Positions 1 through 13,766 of a stretch of 64,000 bases of DNA are shown here, piece by piece; positions within the stretch are counted from its first letter, which is position 1, and each line of letters opens with the position of its first letter. Where the stretch lies: NCBI GenBank assembly GCA_050613775.1, contig JBODTK010000155.1, positions 310,001 to 374,000 on the forward strand. Reading direction: 5' to 3'. The translations under genes and the position numbers were made by a program. The notes beneath the pieces were generated by a model that was not told the DNA's origin, made no database searches, and saw nothing but the letters and a program-made list of their open reading frames with translations. The DNA comes from Neocallimastix sp. 'constans'. Taxonomy: Eukaryota.

Positions 1-1
1 T

Positions 2-727
2 AGTAGTCAAGGTAATTCTTCATTCCAAATTGATTTAATTAAGTACATTAAAAAAACATACCCAAAGATTGATATTATTGGTGGTAATGTTGTTACTAAA
101 GAACAAGCTCGTAATCTTATTGAAGCTGGTGTTGACGGTCTTAGAATTGGTATGGGTAGTGGAAGTATTTGTATTACTCAGGAAGTAATGGCTTGTGGAA
201 GACCACAAGGTACTGCTGTCTATCGTGTCTGTCAATTAGCTCGTGAATTTGGTATCCCATGCATTGCTGATGGTGGTATTCAAAATGTTGGACATATAGT
301 AAAAGCTCTTGCTCTAGGTGCAAGTGGAGTAATGATGGGTGGACTTTTAGCTGGTACAACAGAAGCCCCAGGGGAATACTTCTATCATGATGGTCATAAA
401 TTAAAACGTTACAGAGGAATGGGTAGTTTAGATGCTATGGATTCAGGAAAAGCTGCAGCGAAACGTTATTACTCTGAAAATGATACTATAAAAGTTGCTC
501 AAGGTGTCTCAGGTGCTGTTGTTGATCGTGGTAGTGTTAAAAAGTTCTTAGAGTACTTAGAACTTGGTCTTAAGCATAGTATGCAAGATATTGGAGTTAA
601 ATCATTACAAGAACTTTGGGAAGGAGTTAAAAATGGTAAGGTTCGTTTTGAAAAGAGAACTAGCAGTGCTCAAATTGAAGGTGGTGTCCATGGTCTTTTC
701 TCATATGAAAAGAGACTTTATCAATAA
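2..727 (+). CDS. IMPDH: Inosine-5'-monophosphate dehydrogenase, C-terminal part (5' end lies outside the window)
   Basis: The frame is open from base 2 ([32 protein letters not shown]...) into ORF 152..727. It carries the catalytic loop [31 protein letters not shown] and the C-terminal [15 protein letters not shown]. Confidence 0.97.
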   Translation, partial: SSQGNSSFQIDLIKYIKKTYPKIDIIGGNVVTKEQARNLIEAGVDGLRIGMGSGSICITQEVMACGRPQGTAVYRVCQLAREFGIPCIADGGIQNVGHIVKALALGASGVMMGGLLAGTTEAPGEYFYHDGHKLKRYRGMGSLDAMDSGKAAAKRYYSENDTIKVAQGVSGAVVDRGSVKKFLEYLELGLKHSMQDIGVKSLQELWEGVKNGKVRFEKRTSSAQIEGGVHGLFSYEKRLYQ

Positions 728-1184
728 GAGGAAAATTAAGAAAAATAAAATAAGAAAACAAAAAATAAAAACTTCATGTCATTAGTTATATATATAAATT
801 AATAATAACTTATATCAATAATTATTAATATTTAATTATTTAAAAAAATCAAATAATTTGTATTTTATATCATAGATTATAAGAATTATATTTATTTTAT
901 AGAAAATAATATGTGTTAGAAAACTAAAAAAAAAAATTAAAAAAATTAAAATTAATAAATGAAATATAGAAAAAAAAAATGATTTTTAAAGGATATATAA
1001 AACTGAAATTACAATGTTTATTGTAATATTTATAATTATTAATGATTGTTATAATTTATAGTAATTATTCTGATACTACTATTTTGATAATATTTAATTT
1101 TACTAATAAAACATTTTGTAAATTACGAATTTGTTTTAGATAATAATATATCTAAATATAAATGAAATATAAGTTATGAATATT

Positions 1185-1229
<45 letters not shown>

Positions 1230-1261
1230 TATATATTTATGTATATTTTTTTTAATTAATT

Positions 1262-1650
1262 ATAAATTTTAGAGTATAAAGATTAGTTACTAATATTAAA
1301 ATAATATTAGTAATAGAATTATTAGTAATGTTAGTAATAGTATTGAAAATAATGTGTATATTGATTCTAGTGTGTGTGAAAAAATGTTTAATTTCCTTCT
1401 TGGGGGAAGAAGTATTAATAACAGTACAAGGGAATGGAAGGATATCTTTAAGTGCCTAATGAAATCAGTTGCCTTTCTGACTCTCCATTCTTGATGGTTA
1501 CTGCAGCTCTTCTTTAATCAATTATACCTATTGCTATTAGCCGGCAATGGTCTTTGTTCAATAGGTTCAAGTCGAATTCTACTACTACTACTACTACCAA
1601 TGTCAGCTACCCCAATGATGGAACCTAAGCTGTAGGGTTTCTGAGGGGAT
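1262..1650 (+). mobile_element. Degenerate 3' fragment of a non-LTR (LINE) ORF
   Basis: Translates to NFLLGGRSINNSTREWKD..., resembling FILNTLLGGRSIYEK in the neighbouring LINE C-terminus (3669..3992). It is frameshifted and its boundaries are approximate. Confidence 0.5.
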
Positions 1651-2157
1651 CAGCAATTAGTATAACAATAAAATTTTTTAATTATTTTTTCAATTTATAT
1701 GCAATCTCATTTTTTTTTATTAATCACAACTTTAGTTTTTATATCAATTATTCAATCAAAAAATTTTCTACACTATACTACAAATAATATTGTTTTTGTT
1801 TTATTTTTTCTCTTATATCTTTAAATTTTTCTATACTATTTATATATATTTTTTATAGTTATATATGTTATTTTATATCTCTATCCTTTTACAATATTTT
1901 AACATACAAAAAAAAATAATAATAATAATTATTTTACATTATTTTATTGAATAAATAATTTTTCCATTAATATTGTTTTTTTTTTTTTTTTTTTTTTAAT
2001 ATATCTTAGGAAATTCAATTCATGCGAAACAATTAACTTTTATTTTCAGTAATCTTAAATGTTAATATTTAATATATAATTCTTTGGTATACAATCCTTA
2101 TAATTAATTCAATTTTAATAGAAATAAAGTCAGTTCTTTTCTCAACAAACTCTAAAC

Positions 2158-4200
2158 ATGGATGCTTCTTACTCAGTTAATACTACTCCCTTCCATCGTG
2201 GTTTCTACTGCTTCGTCAATCATATGAACAATTATAGCCTTATTTTTATCCATGGCCTTAATTCTTGGTCCCCTAGTAAACTATTGGCTCAAGTTATTAG
2301 TAAAATCCCTAACTACCGTGAAATAATTCCATGTATTAAAAAACTTTTTTCTCCAAGGTATGGCTCATACTTCATTATTAGAGTTACTAAACACAAAAAT
2401 GATCTAAACTTTTTCGAAGTTTTAAATTTCTTAAGAGATAAAATTCCTAAATCATCTAAAATTAACTGGTCCTTGTGTAATAAACTTAAACAAAAGAACA
2501 AGTCAGAAAATCTAATAACATTGATATTGAACTTAATCCTATAGCAAAAGATTTTTTCTCTAGCCATCTAAATTCAAATTCTTCTTTCATTAATCTCTGT
2601 GTAAGTTGAAATATTAACGGTTGGAATACTGAAAAGCGTGATAGTATTTTATACCTCAACTGTGTTTTTAAACCTATATGTATCTGTTTACAAGAAACTA
2701 GAAAAAGTAAATATCTTCCAAAAGATGATTCATCACCACTAATTCCAAATTACAACTCAGTTTTTCTTAGAGCTAATCCTAAAACCCCCGGTATGAGAGG
2801 ACTCTTCATTGGTGTTAAACCGATAAATTATGAAGATCCATCTTTCTTTATTGGTAATAACAAATTACCTATAAATGACAACTATACTTATCTTAGTATT
2901 CCTTTTGATGAATCTTTATCATTGAAACCTATACAATCCAAATTAAACAGTAATTTAAATGTCAAGTTAAATTCGTACTTTCGTTTTCTTATAAATAAAT
3001 CTAATCCTCTCTCATTGAAGAAATACGTTTTAATTTCGTTAATTTTTAGTCTTGTTATATATTATGCTCCTCTCTTTAGTTCAAATAAGAGTAGATGCTC
3101 TAAAGCTCAAAAAATTATTAATAGAGGACTTTATTGGAGTTATGGATTTAAATCTCGTAATTCTTATGTCAGTCTCTATGATATTACTCGTGAATTGAGA
3201 ATACCTCCTCTTTCAAATGTCTGTGCTATTTTTCAATTACGCTGCTTTAGAAAATGGAAAAACTCATCATGTATTATTAATCATCTTACTAATAATATTC
3301 CTACTATGTCACATTACTCATGGACTAAAGAATCAAGGTCTTTGGATAAGAAATTAAATGGTAAAAAAACAAGTGAAATAAAAAAGTTTTATTGGGAAAG
3401 AGATGTCTTCAAACCTTCAAAAGCTAAAAAAGCAATTATTTACAAGGAGAATGATTTTGGATTTATTTCAGAAATCAAAAACTTAACATTTCAATATTCT
3501 AAGTACCAGTTGGGAATCTTTTGGATTTCTCGAATTAGGTGTAGTTTTAAATTTGACATTAGTATTTCCATTAAAAGAAAAATAATCTCAGAAGATTGCC
3601 CTAAATGTTGCCCATGTTGTGGTGTTAGTGTACCTAGCTTTTCTCACTGAATTTTTGCCTGTAAAGAATTGGAAAATTACAGAAATAAATCTTTACCTTT
3701 TCATGATGATCTCTTTTTGAAGTTTGCAATGATAATTGAACAAAAATCCTTGGATGTTTCTTTAGATTCAGCAAAGTATTATGATAATAATATTTATTAC
3801 TTTATATTGAATACTCTTCTTGGCGGGCGTTCAATATATGAAAAAATTAAACTTAATGATGGGGAACAAAGACAATTAGTTGACAATATTTTTAAACAAA
3901 GTTCAACTTCGTCAACTGTTCCGTATTTTGTGGGGATTGCGGAATTTCTAACAAAAGTAATACCTTTAATTGTCGATCTTTTATATTTATGATGAAAAGG
4001 TATTCCGTTGAATCTACCGTTGCCGAGAGCGTCGACATCGAAATGAAAAGGTATGGATTTTCACCTCCAGTGAAAGATATGATACAGATTCGTTAGATAA
4101 TACTAATACTGAAATTATTACTCGCAATAATGGACGTGGTGTTATCATCGAGGAATGAGAAAAGTTAGAGGATATTGCTTCTAACGTACTTTTATAATTT
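2158..4200 (+). mobile_element. Internally deleted LINE: N-terminal domain, start of APE endonuclease, post-RT region and C-terminal Cys/His motif
   Basis: The APE start (W)NINGW...KPICICLQET lies at about 2605-2700. Near 2815 it jumps to post-RT sequence (LPINDNYTYLSIPF). The motif CPKCCPCCG...SH(W)IFAC lies at about 3600-3662. Stops and frameshifts are present. Confidence 0.8.
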
Positions 4201-4295
4201 TATAATATATAATATTTTATTTCATGTATTTTATTTTTTTTTTCTTTAAAGTCATGTAATTTTATTATTATTATTATAAATTAAATAAAGTTTTC

Positions 4296-4335
<40 letters not shown>

Positions 4336-5262
4336 ACTACTACTACCAGGAGCGTCAATGCTGAAGAAACAGTAAGACAGGCCAGCAGGGCTAGCGCAAC
4401 CAATGAAGATCATAATTTCGTATCTTAAAATTATAATTAATATTGTGAAGCCAAAAATAATTATTATACAACAGTACGATAACGCCCTTGTGAAGTTTTA
4501 CTTAATTAAATGAATCTTTAATACATAATACCATTATTTTATTCTATTTTGTGTTTTTCTTTTGTTTGTTTGTTTATTCTTTTATCTTTTTTTTTTTTAT
4601 TAAATATATTTTATTAAATATTTAATTAATAAAAATGGAACAAGTTAGCTATTGTTAAAAAAAAAAATAGTATATCTATATATAGATAAATTTTCTAAAG
4701 GCAAAATATTAATAAATAATTATTTATTATTTTTTCAAATATTTAAATAAATAAAAGGATAAATAAATAAATAAATAGATCATAAGATAAATAAATAAAT
4801 GTATATATATACATATTATTCATATTAAAAATATAATTTTGTATTAAGGGTTTAGGGTAAAAAAAATAATTATTTAAAAGTATTAATTGTAATTAGAAAT
4901 TTCAAATGCATTTATAATATAAATATTTTTTTTGTAATATTTTAAATTATAAAGATAAAAAAGAAAAAATAAAATAAAATAAAAAATTAAAAAAATAAAA
5001 ATTAAAAATAAAAATAAAAACAAGAAAATAGAAAATCAATATAAGTTAATTTTAAAATTTATATATTATATAATAATATTATTAATTTTAAATTTTTAAT
5101 ATTGAAAATAATACATAGAAAATAAAGTAAAATTATAAACAAATTTCAAAATTAAAAATTTATTTTTATTATTATACAAAATTATAAAAAAAAAAATATT
5201 AATATTATATTCTATAACTAGAAAATTATAATTAATTATTTTAATAAATATATAAAAGCGAA

Positions 5263-6507
5263 ATGGATGGACCAATACCCTTAATTAATATCAAAAGAAA
5301 GAGACCAAGTATTTCAGAGGAAGAAGGATTACTTTATGATAATAATGGTAATTCAAGTAATATACAATATATGGAAAAACATAAAGGAAAATTTGAATCA
5401 AAAACTGGTTTTTTGAAAAAAATATTTTATGGAATTTCATTTAGTATTTTAGGAATTGGTTCTATTTTTTTAGTTATGTTAATTATTAAATTATTACAAT
5501 TTGGATCTTCATCAGATGGAAATGTAACAATAGAAAACTATGTTAATGTTGTAGCAAAACATACAAAAAATAACAATTTAAATATTTCAAATGGTAATCT
5601 TTTAACACCATTATTAGTTGAAAGAGTTGTTGGTACTGAATCACATAAAAATGTTCAAGAATTTATTGTTAATCATTTTAAAGGACTTCAATGGGAAATG
5701 GAAATAGATACTTTTGAAAATAATACTCCATTAGGTATAAAAACATTTAGTAATTACATATTTACTAAGAATCCAATATCTGAAAGAAGAATTGTTCTTG
5801 CTGCACATTATGATTCCAAATATTTCAAAGATAAAGTATTTATTGGTGCCACTGATTCTGCTGTGCCATGTGCTATTTTAATGGATATAGCAGAAAGTTT
5901 AAATTTCGCATTAGAAAATCAACAAAAGAAAATTGAGAATGAAGAAGGTAAAGATGGTCTTAGAAAGTCAACAACTGTTCAAATGATATTTTTTGATGGT
6001 GAAGAAGCTTTTGAAAATTGGACTAATACTGATTCTATTTACGGTGCAAGACATTTAGCAGAAAAATGGGAAAAAGAAACATTAAATAGTTCAACAACTA
6101 TGACAAAGTTACAAAGTATTGATGTATTTGTTCTTTTAGATTTACTTGGCACAAAAAATCCTTCATTTACTAATTATTATAAGAACACAGAAAAATATTT
6201 CAATAATTTATCTGAAATAGAAACTATGCTTTTAAATAAAAAATATTTAACAACTACTAACAACAGTAATGCCTTTTTCTATCATAGTGAAGCATTAGTT
6301 GATGCTCCAAAGTTATTTATTGATGATGATCATAAACCATTTTTACGTAAGAATGTTCCAATTTTGCATATTATTCCATATCCATTCCCAAAAGTATGGC
6401 ATACTGAAGCTGATAATGCAAATGCTCTTGATGAAAACACAATTAAAGATTTATCTTTAGTGTTTAAACTCTTTGTTGTTCAACAACTTCATTTAAACAA
6501 TTATTAA
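5263..6507 (+). CDS. QPCT: Glutaminyl-peptide cyclotransferase (M28 family) with N-terminal signal anchor
   Basis: Intronless 414 aa ORF with motifs LAAHYDSK, FIGATDSAVPCA, FFDGEEAF, SIYGARHLA, LLDLLG, DDHKPF and PFPKVWHT. A hydrophobic segment (IFYGISFSILGIGSIFLVMLII) follows a basic N-terminal tail, as in Golgi isoQC. Confidence 0.95.
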   Translation: MDGPIPLINIKRKRPSISEEEGLLYDNNGNSSNIQYMEKHKGKFESKTGFLKKIFYGISFSILGIGSIFLVMLIIKLLQFGSSSDGNVTIENYVNVVAKHTKNNNLNISNGNLLTPLLVERVVGTESHKNVQEFIVNHFKGLQWEMEIDTFENNTPLGIKTFSNYIFTKNPISERRIVLAAHYDSKYFKDKVFIGATDSAVPCAILMDIAESLNFALENQQKKIENEEGKDGLRKSTTVQMIFFDGEEAFENWTNTDSIYGARHLAEKWEKETLNSSTTMTKLQSIDVFVLLDLLGTKNPSFTNYYKNTEKYFNNLSEIETMLLNKKYLTTTNNSNAFFYHSEALVDAPKLFIDDDHKPFLRKNVPILHIIPYPFPKVWHTEADNANALDENTIKDLSLVFKLFVVQQLHLNNY

Positions 6508-7839
6508 ATAAAGCAAATATTTATACTAAAGACAGTTAGTATTATATTTATTTACATATTTTTAATAATCATTAAAATAAATAAATAAGAACAGTATATT
6601 AACATATATATATTAGTGTAAATAAATTTAATAAATAAAACTTTTAAATTATAAATATATAAATAATAATAATAATAGTGATACATGTCAATTAAAATAT
6701 ATTTTAAAATTAAAATGTAAAAATATAAATAAAATAATTATTATGATAGAAATATTAATAAAAAAAAAAAATAAAAATAAAATTAAAAATAAAAAAAAAA
6801 AAAAAAAAAAAGTTCTTATTTTTATAATACCAATACCATTTTATATTAATAAATTTTATATTTTAATTTACAATCATAGTTATTAGTATTAGGATTGAAT
6901 CTAATATATAAAATGAATGTGGATTTTTATTGAATTATTTTTTTTTTTTTTATTATTTAATATTATTTTTGAAAAATAATATTATGAGAAATTTTAAAAA
7001 TTTCATTATGATAACAACTAAATATATTAAATCCCATAGGGATGTATAACCTTTTATGGGTTCACTGAGGGAAAACCCTTGATAATAAAAAATCCAAACA
7101 TTGCGTAATGAATGATTTTGATACAATTGCTTATTATAGTTTTTTGTATTCGATATTATTTGCCAAAGTTATTAAATAATTTTAAAAAATTTTAAGAAAT
7201 AGTATTATTTTTCATTCATATATCTTTTTCTCTCTCTGTATTTTCATTTTTTTTATGTTTTTACTATTTCTTTGTGTATAAATCATTCATTTGTAGTACG
7301 ATAATGTTATTATTATCATGTATATTTTTTCATTTTTTAGATTACTATATAATTATGGTACTTATATATATTCCTGTAGGAATTGATTCCTTCCATCTTA
7401 TGTATTTTTTTAACTAATTAACATACTTTTGATATTTTATATCCTTTACACCTTTATTATAAAAAATAATATCTTTTTATTATTATTTTCAATTTTTCTC
7501 CATTAACTACATGATAAAGCATTTTTTGATATTAAACATAATTAATACAATTTATTAACAATTTAAATTTTTCCATTAGGTTGTAAATCCGCATTAAATA
7601 ATACAATATATATATATATAATTCTTTGAAAGAAGAAAATGCAATAGGGACGATGTTGTTATTTTTTTATTTTTTTACATCATTCATTAATTTTTTTATT
7701 TTATTTTTTTATTTTATTTTTATATTTTTTCTATTAATATAGCTTAGTTCTTTTGATATATCAAATATACGTAGAAGCCTGAAATGTTTTGATCTTAACT
7801 ATGAAAAATTTGCTTTTTCATTTATGACCTTGAATCTTC

Positions 7840-7925
7840 GACTAAAGATAGACTTATTCTCAATGGTATTATAAGACCAGAACAATTTGATTTTAATAAT
7901 AAAGAAGAATACAATAGTTTATTAT
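7840..7925 (+). mobile_element. Short LINE reverse-transcriptase fragment
   Basis: Translates to LNGIIRPEQFDFNNKEEYNSL, matching GFIRPE*YGFLN*EERISLY in the LINE RT at about 39590-39645 (minus strand). Confidence 0.55.
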
Positions 7926-8102
7926 TTTTATAAAGGCATAATTATTCCTACTGGACGACTTTACTGAGTGTTTCAGCATTAGCTCACTAACATACATATT
8001 ACTGATGAGAATTTTTTTAGTACTACTTCTCCAGTTTGTAATTTCCTTTGAAGGGAGGCCAATATAACCTAACCCATAGAGATTCGTACTAGTAATGGAA
8101 AT

Positions 8103-8372
8103 GTGTGGTGCATTTCGCCAGGTTGCATTTCGACTTTTTTTTTGAAAGCATGTGGCGTATTAAAAAAATGTGGCATTTCGCCAAATTGAAAATTATTAAA
8201 TAAATAAATAAATCAATAAATAAAATTAAATATTATTAATATCGCATAAAAACAATTTTAAAAAAAATTATTTTGAATTAATATTTATTTATTTATTCAT
8301 TTATTTATATCAATACTCCACTTGTCGAAATGCAACCTGTCGAAATGCAATTTGGTGAAATGCAACTCTCCC
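8103..8372. mobile_element. MITE-like element with terminal inverted repeats built from GCATTTCG subrepeats (Mutator-like)
   Basis: The left end TGCATTTCGCCAGGTTGCATTTCGAC is the inverted complement (one mismatch) of the right-end GTCGAAATGCAACCTGTCGAAATGCA. The interior is AT-rich and non-coding. Confidence 0.7.
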
Positions 8373-8671
8373 TGGTAATAGATAATAAAATAATTTTTCA
8401 TTTTGACATATGTATAAATAAAACCTCTATATTATATGTTTTATTTATATATGTAAATAATATATAAATAATAATGTACATTACATATTACATACGTATT
8501 GAAGATATACATTATGATGAATATTGTTTTGAATATAAACCAATTTCTATAACAAAAATAATGAATAATTTTAATTTCTTTATTAATTTAACTAAATTAA
8601 TTTTATCTACATTATTTTTTTTTTTAATTAAATATTTTCTTTTATTAATTACTTTTTATTTATTAAATTTA

Positions 8672-9722
8672 TGTTCATGATTAAAAATTTATATTTCTAT
8701 CTAAAATAATTTTTACATTGACTTATATGTATATAAAAATTAGTTATATACGCCACAATGTACATAAATTTAATTTCTTTTATATTTCTTTTATATTTAT
8801 TATTTTATATTTATTTATTATTTATTATATTAAACTTATTTTTAATATTCTCCCGAAAGTTTAATACTCTTCTCTTCTTGCTAATAAAATATTTCCTAAT
8901 TGTTTCATTACAGATTCATTTAAATATTTCATTAAACAATTAGCCAAATTATTATGGGATTTTACATATTCTAATTTAATTTTTTCCCTAATTTTATTAA
9001 TCTCAATTCTATATCTTGATCTTTGATTGATACTTTAATTTTTACTATTATATATGACTGTTTTATTATCCACATTAATGTTTATATATTTTATGTTTAT
9101 ACTTAACTTGCTTAAAAAGTAGTGCCTGAATCAATTGTCCATGATTTTATTTCATTATTTTGTTTTTGTTTATTATTTTCTTCATCAGAGATATAAAAAG
9201 TAAAAGTTTTATATAGTTGAATAGAATATATAACTCAATTTGATTCGGTATTGTATGAACTATTATTGTTATCGAAGAAAAATTCTTCATGTTTATCTTA
9301 ATATGTTGTATTTTTATGAAATTTTATTTAAATAAATATTGTTTAAAATAACACTTTTATTTTAGGTAATGCCTCCTCTCATTATTGTTGTAAAATCTTT
9401 GATTAGTATTATTTTTGTTATTATTATTTCTTTTCCTTGAAGAACATTCATCAGAAAAATGCCCTAAACCTCTACAATTCCAGCATTTAACATTATCCTT
9501 ACTTGAATTCTTTTGCTTATTAGAAATATACATTAATCACTAATATTATTAATACTCACTGATTGAGTTAATGAGACTCTTAATCGTTTATTAATCACAC
9601 TTAATTTATTAAATTTATATTAAAGAATTTTCGTATATTATTTACAATTACAAATTTATATTTCTAACTATAATAATTTTACATTGATTCATATGATGTA
9701 TACCCTAATACTATACGCCACA
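8672..9722 (-). mobile_element. Heavily deleted Ty1/copia remnant
   Basis: The minus strand has a zinc knuckle CWNCRGLGHFSDEC (about 9445-9486), protease WTIDSGTT (about 9120-9143) and an RNase H tail KIKLEYVKSHNNLA (about 8942-8985). A PPT-like CGGGAGAA lies near 8850. Two diverged direct repeats end in ATACGCCACA (8757, 9722). The PBS at 9572-9585 is identical to that of the intact copia. LTR boundaries are uncertain. Confidence 0.75.
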
Positions 9723-9884
9723 TTATAAGTAATTTTATTTTTTATAATTAAATTTATTTATACTTCTATATTTACATTAATTTATAGTATAAATTAATGA
9801 TTAATAATTTTAATATAACGAAATGAAAAGATATTACTAGAATGAAGTCATAATTAAATTATAAAAAAAATAAATAATAGTAAT

Positions 9885-10235
9885 ACAAAAATTTTATTAC
9901 AAAAAAAAATGTTTGTAAAAAATTAATATTAAAGAATTACTATTATTTATTTTTTTTAATAACATTTTTTTTTTGTAATAAAATTTTTATTTAAATTATT
10001 TCATTATAGTTTCGGTTACATTTTATATTTTATGTGAATTTTTTGATTTAATATTAATTTTAAATTATAAATTTTTTAAAATTATTAAAAAAATAAATAG
10101 TAGTAATTCTTTAATATTTATTTTTTACTAACATTTTTTTTTTTTTTTGTAATAAAATTTTTGTTTAAATTATTTCATTAAATATAGTTTCGGTTACATT
10201 GTATATTTTATGTGAATTTTTTGATTTAATATTAA
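9885..10235. repeat. Overlapping inverted (about 80 bp) and direct (about 95 bp) local duplication
   Basis: 9885-9962 is the near reverse complement of 10082-10164. 9961-10057 is directly repeated at 10131-10235 (shared ATAGTTTCGGTTACATT and TATATTTTATGTGAATTTTTTGATTTAATATTAA). Confidence 0.75.
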
Positions 10236-10286
10236 AAAAAAAAGAGTAGAAAATTAAATTAATAATGAAAATGAAAAACAAACAAA

Positions 10287-10321
<35 letters not shown>

Positions 10322-11592
10322 ATTTAGTAAATATAATTATGTATTTTTGGATAATATTTATTTTTTTTTTTAAAAAAAATATAAATTAAATTAAAAAATA
10401 TATATTAAATGGGGATGTTTATTTTTTAATAAAATTCCAGAACAGAAACTTGCGGTACATATTAAATATTCCTTAATCATATTATATACAATAATTTAAA
10501 TTGTATGACATATACGTAAAGAAATTTTTTGATATTTAATGGAATTTGTATTATTATAATCATGATATTAATAATTTAAAAAGGGATTATATTACAATTT
10601 ACAAGTTAATTTAAAAATTCTATTAAATATTTATGAGATACTTAATAAAATTAAAATTAACATGAATAAACTTTTATATTTAAATGTCATATTTTGTTTA
10701 AATTATGAGTGTACTTTAAATTGATTAAATTTTAAATTTAAATATTAAAAAATATATGTCATGTCATTGTATATAATTCAATTATATTAATTATTCGGAA
10801 TATATTATTAGACTGAAATTTTATTATTATTATTTAATATCAATTTTGTACAATAATATTATAAATGATTAAATTTAAAATTCTAATATTCTAAATTTCT
10901 AAATTTCTAAATTAATTAAAAGTATTCTAGTGTTTAATTAAGCTATAATTTTATTTTTTCAAAAAGTGAATCTTCTCTATTATTTGTTAATATTTTATCT
11001 TTAATTTATTATAATTCATTTCTATAATTTTATATAATATATAATAAATTCTTATAATAATTAAATAGTAATTAAAGTTTGTGTAATATAATAATTAAAA
11101 AGTAAATATATAATATATATTTAAATAAATTTTGTTTATGATTTTTATATATATGGTATTTTTTTAATATTATGTAAATAATATTAAAATTTTTTATATA
11201 AATATAATTTTTTTTTATTTTTTTTTTTTTTGAAAGATAACTATTAGTTCTAAACTTACCCTTATTTTCTTTTTATAATTCTTTAAAAAGTTTTTATTTG
11301 TATCAAAATCAAAAAAAATATCTAATACTATATAAATATATTATGAGGAAAAAAATACAAATATAAAATTAAATTTAAAATAATATAAAAAGAAGATAAA
11401 GTATAAAAAAATCAATATTTTTTATTTGTTAATTAAAAAAATCAATTTTATAAAGGAAAAATTTAAATTAAATAATAAAAAAATATTCAATTTATATAAA
11501 AGTATCTTAAAAATATAAAAAAATATTTTATTTTTATATATTTTAATTAAAAAGGAAAAAAAAATAAAAATTTAATATTTATATAAATTGAT

Positions 11593-13683
11593 ATGAAAAG
11601 TTTTATAATTACCGTTTTAGAATTATTATTACTTCAATATATTTTAGCAGGACCCTATGTTTGTGTTAAATGTCCATTAGATGATGTAAATTAATATAAT
11701 TATTTATATAATAAATATCAATTAAGTTTTTTTTATTTTATTTCATTTTATTTTATTTTATTTTTTTTTTTTTTTTTTTATTTTTTTTTAATTTGAATTG
11801 AAGTTTTATTAATAAAAATATTATTTTTATATTTTAATTTATTTTATTGTATATATAAATTATTTATTATAAAATTTTTTATAATAAAAAGAGTATTGAA
11901 CCTTGTCCTGGAGGTTGTAATGAAGGTGAAGAATGTGCTTTTATTTCAAGAACTTGTGAAACTTGTCAATATTTTGAATGCAAACCAATAAAAAAGGCAT
12001 TTGCTACAAATGAAAGTATTAATACTGGTCAATTAGCAGAAAATGCTTATTATTCTCAACAACATTTTGAACCTGCAATGGTTCCTTGTCCTCGTTGTGA
12101 AAAATGTTATGATTGTGAAACAATTCCACAATTTCGTATAAATTGTCCACAAGTTTGTATTGAATCATCTTCATTTACGAGCATTAATGATAACTTATCA
12201 ATTGAGAATTCTACAACAGATAATTCCGATAACATTCCAATAGAAGAAACGATTGAAGTTGATATTGAAAAAAATGAAAAAAAAACAGTTAAATGCCCAT
12301 CTTGTGAAAATTGTATTGATTGTGATGAAAGTCCAGAATATATTGATGTATGTCCAAGTGTCTGCATAAGTAAGACACCTGAAGAAGAAGAATGTCCAAC
12401 TTGTATTGGTTGTATTGATTGTAATAAACATCCAAAGTATATTCAAGAATGTCCAGAAGTTTGTAAGGCGTCTACACAGGATGATGATAGTGTTCAAAGT
12501 ATTGTTTGCCCAGATTGTATAAATTGTATTGATTGTTCTGGTAGACCAACACTTATAGAGTATTGCTCATCAGTTTGTAAGACAGATGAATATGGTTTAA
12601 TTATTGATAATGGAGGTGATAGTGGTACTTTCGATTGTCCTACATGTGAAAATTGTGTGGATTGTAATGAACATCCAGAATATTTGATGGATTGTCCAGG
12701 AGTTTGTTTTGATCCAGAGGCCGATCCAAATATTTTTGTTGAAGAAGAACCACTTATTGAAGAACCTTCTATTGAAGAACCAACAATTACTTGTCCAATT
12801 TGTAGACATTGTGCTAATTGTGATGAAACTCCAATTTATAAAGAAATTTGTCCAGATGTTTGTATGACCGAAAAGGAAATTAAAGCAAATAAGCAAAAAA
12901 AGAAACAAGATATTATTTGTCCATCATGTGTTGAATGTATGGATTGTTCAAAACATCCAGAATTTATAGATGCTTGTCCAAATGTATGTCTTAATAATGA
13001 TAAAGATAATGATAACAAAGATGTATCGAAGAGATGTCCAAGATGTATTGGATGTGTTGATTGTAGTAAGCATCCAATATATTTAACTGATTGCCCAACT
13101 GTATGTAAACATATTATTACCGAAGAAGAACTTGGTACCGAAACTATAGGCTTAGAAAAAGATGAAAAAGAAGAAGAAGAAGAAGAAACAATTGCTATTG
13201 CAAATGCTATATCGGAAATTGATTGTCCAAAATGTGAAAGATGTATCGATTGTAATGGTTTCCCAGATTATCGTATTCATTGTCCATCTTCATGTAAAAG
13301 TGAATCTGAAGTTTTCAAAATTGAAGAAAACGATATTACAAATGATGTTAATGAAACCGTTAATAACGCTGTGGAAAGTGAATCAGTTCGTTGTCCACCA
13401 TGTAAAAACTGTGTTGATTGTAAAACTAATCCAAAATACATTGAGGCTTGCCCTGATGTATGTCATGTTGAAGTTAAAGAAAGTGATCAAAGAGATATTA
13501 ATGAAACTGAAAATGTGGAAGAAAATGAAGAAGAAGTAACTGAAGATATTTCCGAAGCAGTTGATAATACTGAGGTTATTGAAGATGAAAAACCAGAAGA
13601 AACTGAAAAAATTACTGAAGATAGAACAGAATCTAATTATATTAATATTATTATTAATAATGATAATGAAAATAATAATATCG

Positions 13684-13766
<83 letters not shown>

